Source: a virus. From it: DNA of 64,000 nt. Each line of letters begins with the position of its first letter. The stretch's first letter is position 1. Positions 9,732-19,930 of the stretch are shown here, piece by piece. Under the pieces are notes generated by a model, which was not told the DNA's origin, made no database searches, and saw only the letters and a list, made by a program, of their open reading frames with translations. The stretch lies in the IMG/VR virus record IMGVR_UViG_3300043397_000067, positions 16,015-80,014 of that record. The stretch is one strand, 5' to 3'. Both the position numbers and the translations under genes were made by a program.

Positions 9732-10577
9732 ATGCAAAACTACCACGAACTACTACAGACCGTACTTGATACGGGCGTCACGCAAGTCAACCGCACTGGC
9801 GTATCGGCCCGGTTCATTCCGGGCGCTATGCTGCGCTACGACTTGCAGAAGGGCTTCCCGGCCATAACCACCAAGCGGCTGGCTTTCGGGGCCGTCAAGG
9901 GCGAACTGATTGGCTTCCTGCACGGTTGCCAGTCAGCCGCCGACTTCCGGGCGCTGAACTGCAATATCTGGACGCAGAACGCCAATGAGAACCAAGCGTG
10001 GCTAAACAACCCTAACCGCAAGGGCACAGACGACTTGGGGCGCATCTATGGGGCTATTTGGAGAGACTTCAACGGCATCGACCAACTCAAGGAGGTAGTG
10101 AGTAAGATCATCAATACCCCCACAGATCGACGCATCATCATGTCAGCGTGGAAGCCTGACGAGTTTGACAAGATGGCGCTACCACCTTGCCATGTACTGT
10201 ATCAGTTCCTTGTTGATACCGTACATAAGAGGCTACACTTATGCATGTATCAGAGGTCATGTGACTTATTCCTAGGCGTTCCCTTTAATATCGCCAGTTG
10301 TGCATTGCTGCTTTCACTCGTTGCAGAAGCAACAGGCTATACGGCGGGCTCCTTTACACATTTTCTCGCAGACGTTCATATTTACGAGAACCACGTTGAG
10401 CAAGTCAAGCTACAACTTTCAAGGCAACACCTTGAGCCACCAAAGCTGCGGCTTGCCATGACTAAAGGTGATGGACTTAAGGGCGCTATGGACGCTATTC
10501 TTGGTATGTCACCAGAGGACATTGTTCTGGTAGACTATAACTCACACGCTGCCATACCGGCACCAATGGCTGTATGA
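9732..10577 (+). CDS. thyA: thymidylate synthase
   Basis: MALPPCH, YQRSCDLFLGVPFN, DVHIYENH motifs; the Asn in PFN indicates dUMP specificity. Confidence 0.96.
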   Translation: MQNYHELLQTVLDTGVTQVNRTGVSARFIPGAMLRYDLQKGFPAITTKRLAFGAVKGELIGFLHGCQSAADFRALNCNIWTQNANENQAWLNNPNRKGTDDLGRIYGAIWRDFNGIDQLKEVVSKIINTPTDRRIIMSAWKPDEFDKMALPPCHVLYQFLVDTVHKRLHLCMYQRSCDLFLGVPFNIASCALLLSLVAEATGYTAGSFTHFLADVHIYENHVEQVKLQLSRQHLEPPKLRLAMTKGDGLKGAMDAILGMSPEDIVLVDYNSHAAIPAPMAV

Positions 10578-11038
10578 GCCACGCCAATAGAGGTAAAGAA
10601 GCGGAAAAACAGTTCCGCCTAGCCTGTGAAACCCTTGCCGTACAGCAGGGGTTTACCTATTGGCGAGTCCCTGATGCAAGGACTGCTATGGGCAACTCTG
10701 GCGGGGAAGGTCCGGGGGACTTTCTCGCTTGGAGCCGTATTACTACTCCAGCAGGCCTAGCAGACAGGTCCTACTCTATTGAAGTTAAAGAAGTCGAACA
10801 TGAGTACAGGCTTCCAAAAGCAAATTTTAAGAATGACCAAAGAGCGCGTATGCGTATGCTTGAGCTGGCGGGGGTGGTATGCTACGTCGCAGTGCTGTTC
10901 AAACCGCTTAAGAAGTGGAGAGTAACTAGGCTCTCCTACTTTGACTCTGGTACAACTGGGTCATGGGACATGACAAATCTTGAATTAGTAGAAATCACAG
11001 ACTGGATTAAAGTACTACATGCTAACTATTCTAAATGA
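10574..11038 (+). CDS. PD-(D/E)XK nuclease, probable Holliday junction resolvase
   Basis: NRGKEAE, GDF, IEVK motifs in RecU/Hjc-like spacing. Confidence 0.7.
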   Translation: MSHANRGKEAEKQFRLACETLAVQQGFTYWRVPDARTAMGNSGGEGPGDFLAWSRITTPAGLADRSYSIEVKEVEHEYRLPKANFKNDQRARMRMLELAGVVCYVAVLFKPLKKWRVTRLSYFDSGTTGSWDMTNLELVEITDWIKVLHANYSK

Positions 11039-12041
11039 CGTACATGCTGGCGCTATACGCAGCGCCGGTACTACACCGTTCTCGCAGTTCGCGCTAAGAA
11101 CGCACATCCTAAATAAGTTTGAGGAACTACTACCTGAGTCTGGCGACTTAATGATTCTTGGCGACCTATTTGACACCAATAACGTACCGCTATGGGACGT
11201 TAGCAAGGTGCTGTTTATGTTGTCAAAGTGGGTGACAAATAGGCCCGGTAGCACGCTGTACCTAGTCAGAGGCAATCACGATATCAGCAAGACTTCAAAC
11301 GTAATGTCTAGCTTTGACTTTCTAGGCACCATGCTTAAGGTTCACGATAACGTAATGGTTATTACAGAGCCAACAGCTATCAAGTACGGCTACGTTATCC
11401 CCCACCTGATAAATCAGGACCTATTCGATCAGGCACTTGCCTCAGTGCCCAAGTGCGATAATCTATTCTTGCACTGCAACTACGATAACAACTTTGCTGC
11501 TCAAAGCGACCAGTCCCTAAACCTTAGCGCGGAGCAAGCCAAAGTCTGCCTAGCAAGCAGAATCGTCATTGCACACGAACACCATGCAAGGTCACTGGGC
11601 AAGGTGGTTATTCCCGGAAACCAGATAGCAAGTTCAGTGTCTGACTGGTTATCTCCGGGTGACAAGCAGTACGCTACTATAAACGCCAGCAACGAGCTTG
11701 CACTTGTCAAGTGTGCGGATAGAAGTACAGAGTATGCTGAACTTGACTATACATCGGACTTTACCTCGTGTGATGCTAAGTTTATTCGCATAACTGGTAC
11801 TGTAGCAGCAGATACGGCAAGCAAGCTAATTACTGCAGTATCCAAGTTTAGGCAAAGAAGTAGCGCGCTGGTCATTACATCAGCAGTAAAGACGTTATCG
11901 GAAGATGGCAGCGAAACATTTGAAGCTGCCTTGGAAGAGGCTAAGAACTTCTCTGTCATGGAAGCCCTTAAAGACTTCCTCACTCAAGACGAATACACAA
12001 AACTGGAGAAGCTTCATGCTAAACGAGCTAACACTAACTAA
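11019..12041 (+). CDS. SbcD/Mre11-like metallophosphoesterase nuclease
   Basis: DVH, GDLFD, GNHD, AHEH motifs; adjacent to an SMC-like ATPase. Confidence 0.88.
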   Translation: MLTILNDVHAGAIRSAGTTPFSQFALRTHILNKFEELLPESGDLMILGDLFDTNNVPLWDVSKVLFMLSKWVTNRPGSTLYLVRGNHDISKTSNVMSSFDFLGTMLKVHDNVMVITEPTAIKYGYVIPHLINQDLFDQALASVPKCDNLFLHCNYDNNFAAQSDQSLNLSAEQAKVCLASRIVIAHEHHARSLGKVVIPGNQIASSVSDWLSPGDKQYATINASNELALVKCADRSTEYAELDYTSDFTSCDAKFIRITGTVAADTASKLITAVSKFRQRSSALVITSAVKTLSEDGSETFEAALEEAKNFSVMEALKDFLTQDEYTKLEKLHAKRANTN

Positions 12042-14067
12042 ATTTAGGCAGCATGAGTCTAAGGTAGTAAACTTTACATCGGGCCTTAACGTCATCCGTG
12101 GCGCTAACGAAGCAGGCAAGAGTACTATCTTTGAGGCTATCATGTACGCCTTCTACGGGGCACGGGGTCTGCGTGAGTCGTTGGATGATGCCGTGACATG
12201 GGGTAACCCGGCGTCGCAACTCAGGGTTAAGTTAGTGTTCACTCACTTAGGCGTCAAGTTCACCATCACCCGGTCAAAGTCGGGCGCAGAGCTTGTCGGA
12301 CCCGGAGTGACGGCCTCGGGCCAGTCTGAGGTCACCAACTTCGTCACGGCCTTGTTTGGTGCCCCGCTTGACGTTGCCAAGGCCATCCTCATGGCGAAAC
12401 AAGGCGGCTTGCAGGAATCCCTCGACGGCTCTAGTGTACGGATGATTGAGCAACTTGCTAATGTCCAACTGATAGACAAGCTCATTGAGTGGGTGCAGCT
12501 TGACTTGTCTACTGGAAACACTAGCTCGCTGGTCAAGCAACTACAAGACTACCGCGATATGGTAGCCCCAGTGTTAGATACCGCAGAAGCTGACGCTAAA
12601 GTATCTACACTAACTTCCCGAGTTGAGGCAGTTAAAGCAAACCTTGAGTTGGTAGAAGCTAAAATCGCTAACCTGCAGTGGGCACCACCTGTGATAGCAG
12701 CTAGGGCGGACTATAACGCTAAGCGGGAAGCTTTGGATAGTACGCTTACGCGCCTGCAAACTACACTGCCGTCAGTACCAGAGCCGGTAGAAGATAACTC
12801 CAAGGAGTTAGAAGCAGCGGCTGCTGAACAGACTCGCAACAAGGAGCTTCAAGGCAACTACATGAAGTATGCAGCTTTCGTACAGCCTAAAGTCGATAGT
12901 AAATACACATCAAGAAGTGAGGCAGACGCTCACCGTGAGAAACTTCAAGAAGAAATTCGCGCTATTACGAAAGGGTTATCAGATACTAGCACTAAGATAG
13001 CGGTAGAACTATCAAAGAAAATTACAGAAACAGCCTGCGGACTATGCGGTAAAGACTTATCACAGGTGCCAGAAGTTGTAGAGAAGAATAAGGTAATAGA
13101 TAGCACCATCGCGGCCCTTAAGGTTAGTAAAGCTAGCTTAGAGGCAAATCTTAGCGCCTATAACCTGCAACTGAGCGGTTTGATAGAGTTGCTTAAAGCA
13201 GACTCTGCTGCTAGAAATACAGCAGCAGGTATCCCCCACCTTGAGGAATATCCCACCTTTCCTGCCACCTACGGATGGGCTGGCGGTATTCCAGTAGTAA
13301 CTTACGTTGACTATGCAAAACAGTTAAAGGAGCTTACTACAAAGCTTGCACAAAGAGAAGCTGCTTTGCATCAGTATAACAAGGTTCAGACGGCTATAGA
13401 GGTTACTAGGGTCAACATATCAAGGTTGTACAACCCTGTGCAATCAGAAGTTGACATGGCTAATGAAGCATTTGCTGAGTTGACGTTAGCAGCTACACGT
13501 AAGAATGAATCTATTGACGAGCGTAGGCGGCTGGAATCTCAGCTTTCTGAGGCTAGGCACACCCTAGCGATTTTGGAGACGCGCCATACGGAGCAGATGA
13601 AGGCTTTTACACAGGCTCAATCTCAGGCCTCGGTAGTAGAGTCTAGTATCAGGGAGATGACAGATAACAATCTCTTGATTAAGAAGCTGAGGGAAGCAAG
13701 GCCGTCAGTAACTAACCGCTTATGGAATACTGTACTTGGTACAGTAACCAGTTACTTCTCACAACTTCGTGGTGTTCATACAGTAGTAGGGCGTAAAGAT
13801 GACTGCTTCACGCTTGACGGCAAGAAGCATACATCCTATAGTGGTTCTACCCAAGACTGCCTTGGCCTTGCCATTCGTGCTACCCTGCAAAAGACCTTCA
13901 TGGCCGGCTGTGACTTCACCACGTATGACGAGCCTGCAAGTGGGTGTGACTTAGCGCGGGAAAGCGATATGCTAGCGATGCTATCGACTTGTGGGTTTGA
14001 GCAGGTACTGCTCGTCACCCACAGCGACTTAGCAGACGCTTACGCTACTAACTTCATCCAGATATAG
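12016..14067 (+). CDS. SbcC/Rad50-like ABC ATPase
   Basis: Walker A GANEAGKST, coiled coil with CGLC zinc hook, signature YSGS, Walker B/D-loop YDEP, H-loop VTH. Confidence 0.9.
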   Translation: MLNELTLTKFRQHESKVVNFTSGLNVIRGANEAGKSTIFEAIMYAFYGARGLRESLDDAVTWGNPASQLRVKLVFTHLGVKFTITRSKSGAELVGPGVTASGQSEVTNFVTALFGAPLDVAKAILMAKQGGLQESLDGSSVRMIEQLANVQLIDKLIEWVQLDLSTGNTSSLVKQLQDYRDMVAPVLDTAEADAKVSTLTSRVEAVKANLELVEAKIANLQWAPPVIAARADYNAKREALDSTLTRLQTTLPSVPEPVEDNSKELEAAAAEQTRNKELQGNYMKYAAFVQPKVDSKYTSRSEADAHREKLQEEIRAITKGLSDTSTKIAVELSKKITETACGLCGKDLSQVPEVVEKNKVIDSTIAALKVSKASLEANLSAYNLQLSGLIELLKADSAARNTAAGIPHLEEYPTFPATYGWAGGIPVVTYVDYAKQLKELTTKLAQREAALHQYNKVQTAIEVTRVNISRLYNPVQSEVDMANEAFAELTLAATRKNESIDERRRLESQLSEARHTLAILETRHTEQMKAFTQAQSQASVVESSIREMTDNNLLIKKLREARPSVTNRLWNTVLGTVTSYFSQLRGVHTVVGRKDDCFTLDGKKHTSYSGSTQDCLGLAIRATLQKTFMAGCDFTTYDEPASGCDLARESDMLAMLSTCGFEQVLLVTHSDLADAYATNFIQI

Positions 14068-14094
14068 TAAAGGGAGCCTAGGCTCCCTTTACTA
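14065..14094. terminator. bidirectional terminator (30-bp perfect palindrome)
   Basis: TAGTAAAGGGAGCCT|AGGCTCCCTTTACTA between convergent operons. Confidence 0.8.
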
Positions 14095-14682
14095 CTTAGG
14101 TTCAGCGGACTTTGGAGGTCGGGTCCCGAACCAGAAAAGGGATACTGTAGTCCAAACATATAAAATAGTAGAGACTATTTGTACAACAATACCGGTTATC
14201 TGTTCAGGTGTAAATGAAATACCATGAACGTCCATCAGATTACGTGCCCACACAAACATGTAGGTCACAAGTACGCAAAGATACGCTGTCATCCCGGGGC
14301 GGATAAAGCCGCGCAGGAAGTCAACGAAACCCATCATCAAGGTCACAGCGCCACCCACAAAGCCGGGGCGGCTCTGGGCACCTTTATCAAGGTAGGTAGC
14401 CTTGTCATTCTCAAGTGCAGCAATCAAGGACTTGGAGGCGGCTTCATCGCCTCGCGCCTCTGCATCAACCTCTGCCATACTGACTTCGGCAGCGTTACGA
14501 GAATCCGCTCTAGCAGACTCAAGCTTTGACAGCTCAAGCGTGTTCTGGTGGTTCAGCTTGATGATTTCAATATCTTGCTTCTTATGCTGCAAGTCAAAGT
14601 AGCGTTGCAGCAATACTCCGATAAGGCCAGTAGCCCCGCCAGAAAGAACACTTGTAAACAGTCCACCAATAATTTCTAGCAT
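14092..14682 (-). CDS. lysis-associated membrane protein (holin-like, 3 TM)
   Basis: N-terminal hydrophobic helix, coiled coil, IRP..T motif plus two TM helices and FWFG; next to the endolysin. Confidence 0.55.
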   Translation of the reverse strand: MLEIIGGLFTSVLSGGATGLIGVLLQRYFDLQHKKQDIEIIKLNHQNTLELSKLESARADSRNAAEVSMAEVDAEARGDEAASKSLIAALENDKATYLDKGAQSRPGFVGGAVTLMMGFVDFLRGFIRPGMTAYLCVLVTYMFVWARNLMDVHGISFTPEQITGIVVQIVSTILYVWTTVSLFWFGTRPPKSAEPK

Positions 14683-15233
14683 AGTATTAACGCCTTTGTG
14701 TATAGAGCTTGCCTATGTGCAATGCCGTTTGTGCCGCCGTTTATACGTTTAGTCAGTGTAACAAAATCTCCACTATCTGCAAACGTATTGAGTTTCTTTA
14801 AGTTCCAAAATATAGCTGCCGATAATGCTGCATACTGCACAAGCGCTAGCTTCTCTGGTTCTGCGTGAAAGTCTGGGCAGTCTGGTACTAACTTTCTCAT
14901 TTCCCTTGTGGTAATGATATAGTTAGATTCTCCCGTAGTTTGTATCCAGCCACGGCCCATATATCTTTTACCTGAGCCGGGTGCTATATTGCCAAGCTGC
15001 TTAGCAAGCTTACTTGGTGGCTCATACTTTAGCTGCTGCTGCGTAGGACCCCAAATCTCCTTAGTATATACTAGCATCCCGCTCTCATGCCCCACCTGTG
15101 CAAGAAAGCAGGCTTTACGCTGTTGCGTAGTACACTTCGCAAGTAGCAAAGCCGCCTCCATAAATGGGGCGGCTTCCTTAGCTTTAGATAACCTCAGGTT
15201 ATATAGCTGGACCAGGGTTTGTGTGAGGTTCAT
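14676..15233 (-). CDS. endolysin, glycoside hydrolase family 19
   Basis: FLAQVGHESG, YMGRGWIQTTGESNY, TKRINGG motifs. Confidence 0.9.
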   Translation of the reverse strand: MNLTQTLVQLYNLRLSKAKEAAPFMEAALLLAKCTTQQRKACFLAQVGHESGMLVYTKEIWGPTQQQLKYEPPSKLAKQLGNIAPGSGKRYMGRGWIQTTGESNYIITTREMRKLVPDCPDFHAEPEKLALVQYAALSAAIFWNLKKLNTFADSGDFVTLTKRINGGTNGIAHRQALYTKALILC

Positions 15234-15537
15234 TGGCTTGGTAGTCTTTTAACATAGTCTCAAGCTCATCTATCTTCTTGTTTGCCTTACGCAACTCACC
15301 CATAAGACCTACGTTCTGTTCGTGGAGTTCAGCTACCTGCTTTGACAAGCTCTGAACAAGCTCAGACTGGGCCTTGAGCTGTGCTGATAAAGTAGCGCCA
15401 ATAGAGGTTACGTCGGCTATGTCTACCTTACGTGAGTGGAGGTAGAGCGCAAATACTGCAAATACGAACCCAACGGTAAGGGTGAACGCTGCGGGTTGAC
15501 CCTTTAGGGCCTGAATCAGTAGCGTTATAGCTTCCAT
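15199..15537 (-). CDS. single-TM coiled-coil lysis-region protein
   Basis: One hydrophobic helix followed by a heptad coiled coil; lysis cassette context. Confidence 0.5.
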   Translation of the reverse strand: MEAITLLIQALKGQPAAFTLTVGFVFAVFALYLHSRKVDIADVTSIGATLSAQLKAQSELVQSLSKQVAELHEQNVGLMGELRKANKKIDELETMLKDYQANEPHTNPGPAI

Positions 15538-15899
15538 GTAAACCTCAACATGCTTACGTTTACGACAAAGGCGTACAAGTTAGTAAGCCCTAGAGTTAGT
15601 AAACCTATAGCTACATGGTCCGTAGAGAGACTACTAATGCCGACCCACACCCAAAAGCTACCGTTTACCCAGCACATTATAGTGCGAAGTAGCTCTTGTT
15701 TCGGGTACGCCAGTAGGCCAATTAACTGCAAAATCAGCAGAGAGGTAATGGCCCACTCCCAATATACGCAGGGTTTAGATGACTCCATCAGAATAGGGGA
15801 ACCAGACACCAATATAGTAATCAAAAGTAAGGCTAGAGCCATACAACTTGCAAGCTCTGCTACTCTGGTATCTTGTGGAAATAGGTTAAAAGATTTCAC
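15525..15899 (-). CDS. 4-TM membrane protein, putative holin
   Basis: Four hydrophobic segments; GGAGG RBS; upstream of the endolysin. Confidence 0.5.
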   Translation of the reverse strand: MKSFNLFPQDTRVAELASCMALALLLITILVSGSPILMESSKPCVYWEWAITSLLILQLIGLLAYPKQELLRTIMCWVNGSFWVWVGISSLSTDHVAIGLLTLGLTNLYAFVVNVSMLRFTWKL

Positions 15900-15944
15900 G
15901 ATGCCTCCAAGCCTTCACTATATATCGCCAACATTAACGCTGAC

Positions 15945-16232
15945 TTAAGTGCCAACTGACTTGTCGCAGTGGTCTTTATCGAATACGTCTAGCAGTTTGC
16001 ATAGCACGCATCCCCACTTTTTATTTTCTCTCTTAGCTCTACCTGCCCTTGAGGATACTGTTTCGTCCTCACTACCGTTGCTAGCTGCATTAAATAGCTG
16101 GTCGAAACTAATTGCTATCTTCCAACTCTTGTCTGGCGCTACCAGTACTGTGTACAGATAGCGAACAAAAGCTATTACTGCTGCAAGGGCGAGCAGTGGA
16201 AGAAAACAAATCAGTATCAACCTAGCTTTCAT
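15945..16232 (-). CDS. phage membrane protein (DQ..N...G..DET.SSR family)
   Basis: Recurrent phage motif DQLFNAASNGSEDETVSSR...LC.LLD...DHC. Confidence 0.55.
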   Translation of the reverse strand: MKARLILICFLPLLALAAVIAFVRYLYTVLVAPDKSWKIAISFDQLFNAASNGSEDETVSSRAGRAKRENKKWGCVLCKLLDVFDKDHCDKSVGT

Positions 16233-16537
16233 GCAGCGTCCCTAGCAAGGGCCTCACTTATATACAGGCTGTAGAGTACAGCATAAACTTGCTCATGCGT
16301 CATAACAGTACCAGTAGGTTCCCCAGTAGTCGGGTCAATCAACTGAAATACGCCATCAGCTCTAAAGCTGGCGTTTATTGCTCCAACGGGTCGTGCAATT
16401 GAATCTGCTCCAAGCTCAATAAACCGCTCCTCAAGAAAGGCCATTGATGGCACACCACCCTTGGGGTTGTTAATGACTACCTGATTACATCTGGTATAAG
16501 CTGTACCAGAAATAGAACTTTCATTGTAGTTTGGCAC
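16229..16537 (-). CDS. hypothetical protein (fibre-associated)
   Basis: AAGGAG RBS; operon continuity. Confidence 0.55.
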   Translation of the reverse strand: MPNYNESSISGTAYTRCNQVVINNPKGGVPSMAFLEERFIELGADSIARPVGAINASFRADGVFQLIDPTTGEPTGTVMTHEQVYAVLYSLYISEALARDAA

Positions 16538-16546
16538 AGTAGCTCC

Positions 16547-16744
16547 TTAAGCGGACTTGAGTGTAGGCGAATAACCCTGAGCAGAGGCTGACTGCAAGGC
16601 TTCCTCAAGGGACTTGACCTGTTGTTGTAGAACAACAATAGTCCCGGCGTCCATGACGTTTTGGGCTTGAGCAATATCGCGCTGTCGGGTAAGACAGGCG
16701 AAACGGGCATTGAGTTCGATTTCAGAAACGATGTTTTCGGGCAT
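16547..16744 (-). CDS. small coiled-coil protein, possible fibre chaperone
   Basis: AAGGA RBS; directly after the fibre gene. Confidence 0.5.
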   Translation of the reverse strand: MPENIVSEIELNARFACLTRQRDIAQAQNVMDAGTIVVLQQQVKSLEEALQSASAQGYSPTLKSA

Positions 16745-16753
16745 TTTATTTCC

Positions 16754-19700
16754 TTACCAGTAGGGGATGTATCGGGTGGTTCCCGCCACGGCAATGGCAA
16801 GCCACCCTTGGACTGTGGTGTTAGCGCCAGTCGGGCCAACGCTGCCAAGTGTAGTCGCAACTGCACCATTTGCAACGTTTGAGTTCACAAAATTTACGCG
16901 ACCGTTAGTGGTGCCAGTGCCAGTAGTGAGGTTAATGTCACCACCTACGCCAGAGCTACCATTAGATGCTGTTATAGATACGTTAGCACCAGCACCAGTA
17001 GAGCCTCTAGCCCCGGCTGTTATAGTAACAGCACCTCCTGCCCCGGTGGCCCCACCAGTACCCCCAGCGATATTTACAGCACCACCAGCAGCAGCAAGCC
17101 CACCTGCACCGGCTGTTATGTTTATAGCACCACCGATACCACCAGTAGTCGTAGTAGAACCCTGACCAGCTAGTATGTCTACTTTTCCGCCCACAATGCC
17201 AGTAACTGTGGCACTAGAATTACCAGCAGTAATAACAACATTACCTGCTCTTACATTACTATTGGTTAAGTTACCCGCAGTAATAGTAACATCACCGCCT
17301 TGGTTACCGCCATTACCAGCTGTTACGCTAATAGAGCCTCCGTTAGACCCCGCAGTAGTACCGCCTGTAATAACTACACTACCTCCACTACCTAGTGAGT
17401 TAGTAACTGCACCACCGGTTATAGCTACATTACCCCCAGTACCAGAGCCAGAAGACGTACCACCATTTATAGTAACAAGGCCCCCAGGAGATGTATTAGA
17501 TATACCGTCACCCCCGGATACAGTAGTACTGCCAGATACACCGCCTGAACTACCTCCGGCTTTAATAGATACTGCTCCACCATTCTGGCCAAGGCCACCA
17601 GCTCCAGCAGTTATAGTAACTGCACCGCCAATACCCCCACTGGTAGTTGTAGACCCAGCACCTGCTGTAATTACTACAGGGCCACCAGCCACAGAGGCAA
17701 CTGCACCGGCAGCACCTCCGTTAATTACTACTCCACCGGAGTTACCGGACTGTGCAGCACCCGATGTACCGCCCTGCAGAGTAAGTATCCCAGCAGTAGA
17801 TGCAGAACCACTACCTATTGTAATTGTTATATTACCAGATGTATTTGCATTACCTGTAGTAATACTAATTGCACCGCTAGAGGTTGAGGATGCGGCGGTA
17901 TTTATTGAACACGCCCCTGAGCTACCGGTAGACGAAGAGCCGCTAGCTATAGTTACATTACCGCCAGTAGCTGCAAGTCCACCAGTACCAGCGGTAATAG
18001 AAATAGCGCCTCCAATGCCGCCAGTAGTAGTAGTGGAGCCTGCTCCAGCGGTGAGCACTATTGGGCCACCTGCCACAGAAGCTACTGCACCAGTAGAACC
18101 ACCGTTAATAACTACTCCACCAGAGTTACCGGATTGCGCTGTATTAGATGTTCCACCTTGCAGGGTTAAAATGCCAGCAAATCCGGTAGCTCCACCCGTT
18201 CCAGAGGATATAGTTATATTACCGCCGGAGTTTGAAAGACCTCCAGTACCACCAGTAATTGTAATAGGCCCACCAAAACCCCCTGTAGTTGTGGTAGAAC
18301 CAACACCACCAGTTAACACGACTGGACCACCAGATATACCTATTACTGCACCAGCAGCACCACCAGTTATGACAACACCGCCTGAGTTGCCAGACTGCGT
18401 TGTGTTGGATATACCACCAGTTATATTTAAAATACCCGCTCGCCCTGTAGCACCCCCACTAGCTACAGATAAATTAAGGTTACCGCTTGCAGCAGCAAGT
18501 CCACCAGTACCGGAAGTGATAGTAACTGCACCACCAACGCCACCAGTCGTTGTAGTAGAGCCTGCACCAGCAGTAAGCACAACAGGGCCACCTGCAATAG
18601 AGGCTACAGAGCCAGCGTTGCCTCCCAGCAGAACCACCCCACCGGAGTTACCCGACTGTGCAGACCTTGCTGAACCACCCTGCAAAGTAAGAATACCGGG
18701 GGTGCCTGACGTTGGGTTTCCAACAGAGATAGTTACGTTACCGCTACTACCAGAAGTAGTAGTACCAGAGCTAATGGAGATAGGGCCGCTAGCACCGCTA
18801 GTGCTTCCACCTACTCCGGTAGCTAAAGTAATTGAGCCACTACTACCAGTAGTACTACCGCTACCAGTAGTGAGTTGAAATACTCCACCACCGGATGCTG
18901 ATGGCGTGGTATTAAATACAACATCACCAGTACTAGTAACAAGCAGTATATTAGTAGCCCTTGCATTAACAGACAAGGCGTTTGCAGTGGAGCCAGCAAG
19001 TGTGCTTATGGAGACAAGGTTTTGACTTCCTACGCCGCCAGTAGCTGCGGAAGTTTCACCGATAGCGAATGCCGTCTGAGCGGCTGTAGTCTGCGACCAG
19101 TTCCAAGTCTGTGGATTGTTGCCGTTGGCAAGCGTGTTTGAGCCTGTTGCAGCCGTCAGACCACTCAAGGCCGAGGTCACACTCAACTGGCTTGCTGGGA
19201 CCTTGCCAGTGCCATCCAATGATGCGTAGCCGTTAGCATTACCCTTCTCACTCAAATCCTGCTTGAGATTGAATGCTGTTTGCTGAGCAGTAGAGACTGG
19301 CTTGTTTACGTCAGAAGTGTTATCTACGTTGGATAACCCGATATCGGCTTTAGCAAGTGTTACTACCCCGGCGTATCCATTTACAGAGTCTACTGCACCA
19401 CTGGTTATATAAATATAGGCACTACCAGACCACCTATAAGTCTTGTTTGTATCAAGTGCTACATAAATCTTACCGGTTTCACCGGTTCCTGGAAAGGCTG
19501 CAAGATTGGCGTACTCAAGAACATCGTCAACAAAAGATGGCAGTTGACCCGAGGGAACTTTACCACCAGAGTCCAAGGAAGCATAGCCATTAGCTACGCC
19601 TTTTGCAGATACATCCTGCTTTAAGTTCAAAGCAGTTGTAGTAGCTGTAGAGACAGGCTTATTTACGTCAGATGTATTATCGACGTTGCTAAGTCCAACA

Positions 19701-19930
19701 TCAGCCTTAGTAGGTGCAGACCACGAAAAGTCATAATCTGTAGTACTATTTTTTCTAAGGTAGAAACCTGTAGCACCTCCTGTAGGAGTACCTACACCGG
19801 AGGGGCCTTGGCCCACTGACAAAGCAAGTGCTATAGTGGGGGGCGCACCAATGGCAAGTTGTATCGGGTCTTGCCCGGCCTCCACTACCTCAAGATTTAG
19901 AGGGGCAGGTGTATTAACAGTAATACTCAT
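16754..19930 (-). CDS. Gly/Ser/Thr-rich repeat fibre / receptor-binding protein
   Basis: N-terminal KADVGLSNVDNTSD fibre repeats x2; long GG-x-V-x-I-T-x-G beta-solenoid repeats; C-terminal YIPYW. Confidence 0.7.
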   Translation of the reverse strand: MSITVNTPAPLNLEVVEAGQDPIQLAIGAPPTIALALSVGQGPSGVGTPTGGATGFYLRKNSTTDYDFSWSAPTKADVGLSNVDNTSDVNKPVSTATTTALNLKQDVSAKGVANGYASLDSGGKVPSGQLPSFVDDVLEYANLAAFPGTGETGKIYVALDTNKTYRWSGSAYIYITSGAVDSVNGYAGVVTLAKADIGLSNVDNTSDVNKPVSTAQQTAFNLKQDLSEKGNANGYASLDGTGKVPASQLSVTSALSGLTAATGSNTLANGNNPQTWNWSQTTAAQTAFAIGETSAATGGVGSQNLVSISTLAGSTANALSVNARATNILLVTSTGDVVFNTTPSASGGGVFQLTTGSGSTTGSSGSITLATGVGGSTSGASGPISISSGTTTSGSSGNVTISVGNPTSGTPGILTLQGGSARSAQSGNSGGVVLLGGNAGSVASIAGGPVVLTAGAGSTTTTGGVGGAVTITSGTGGLAAASGNLNLSVASGGATGRAGILNITGGISNTTQSGNSGGVVITGGAAGAVIGISGGPVVLTGGVGSTTTTGGFGGPITITGGTGGLSNSGGNITISSGTGGATGFAGILTLQGGTSNTAQSGNSGGVVINGGSTGAVASVAGGPIVLTAGAGSTTTTGGIGGAISITAGTGGLAATGGNVTIASGSSSTGSSGACSINTAASSTSSGAISITTGNANTSGNITITIGSGSASTAGILTLQGGTSGAAQSGNSGGVVINGGAAGAVASVAGGPVVITAGAGSTTTSGGIGGAVTITAGAGGLGQNGGAVSIKAGGSSGGVSGSTTVSGGDGISNTSPGGLVTINGGTSSGSGTGGNVAITGGAVTNSLGSGGSVVITGGTTAGSNGGSISVTAGNGGNQGGDVTITAGNLTNSNVRAGNVVITAGNSSATVTGIVGGKVDILAGQGSTTTTGGIGGAINITAGAGGLAAAGGAVNIAGGTGGATGAGGAVTITAGARGSTGAGANVSITASNGSSGVGGDINLTTGTGTTNGRVNFVNSNVANGAVATTLGSVGPTGANTTVQGWLAIAVAGTTRYIPYW

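Noticed and set aside
5617-10577. Z-base or hydroxymethyl-pyrimidine genome
   Set aside because: No purZ in the window, and ThyA has canonical dUMP-type residues; kept only as a weak hypothesis.
17175-18878. 567-aa Pro-rich + strand ORF
   Set aside because: Antisense shadow of the Gly-rich fibre gene (GGT/GGC codons give Pro/Thr/Ala on the other strand).
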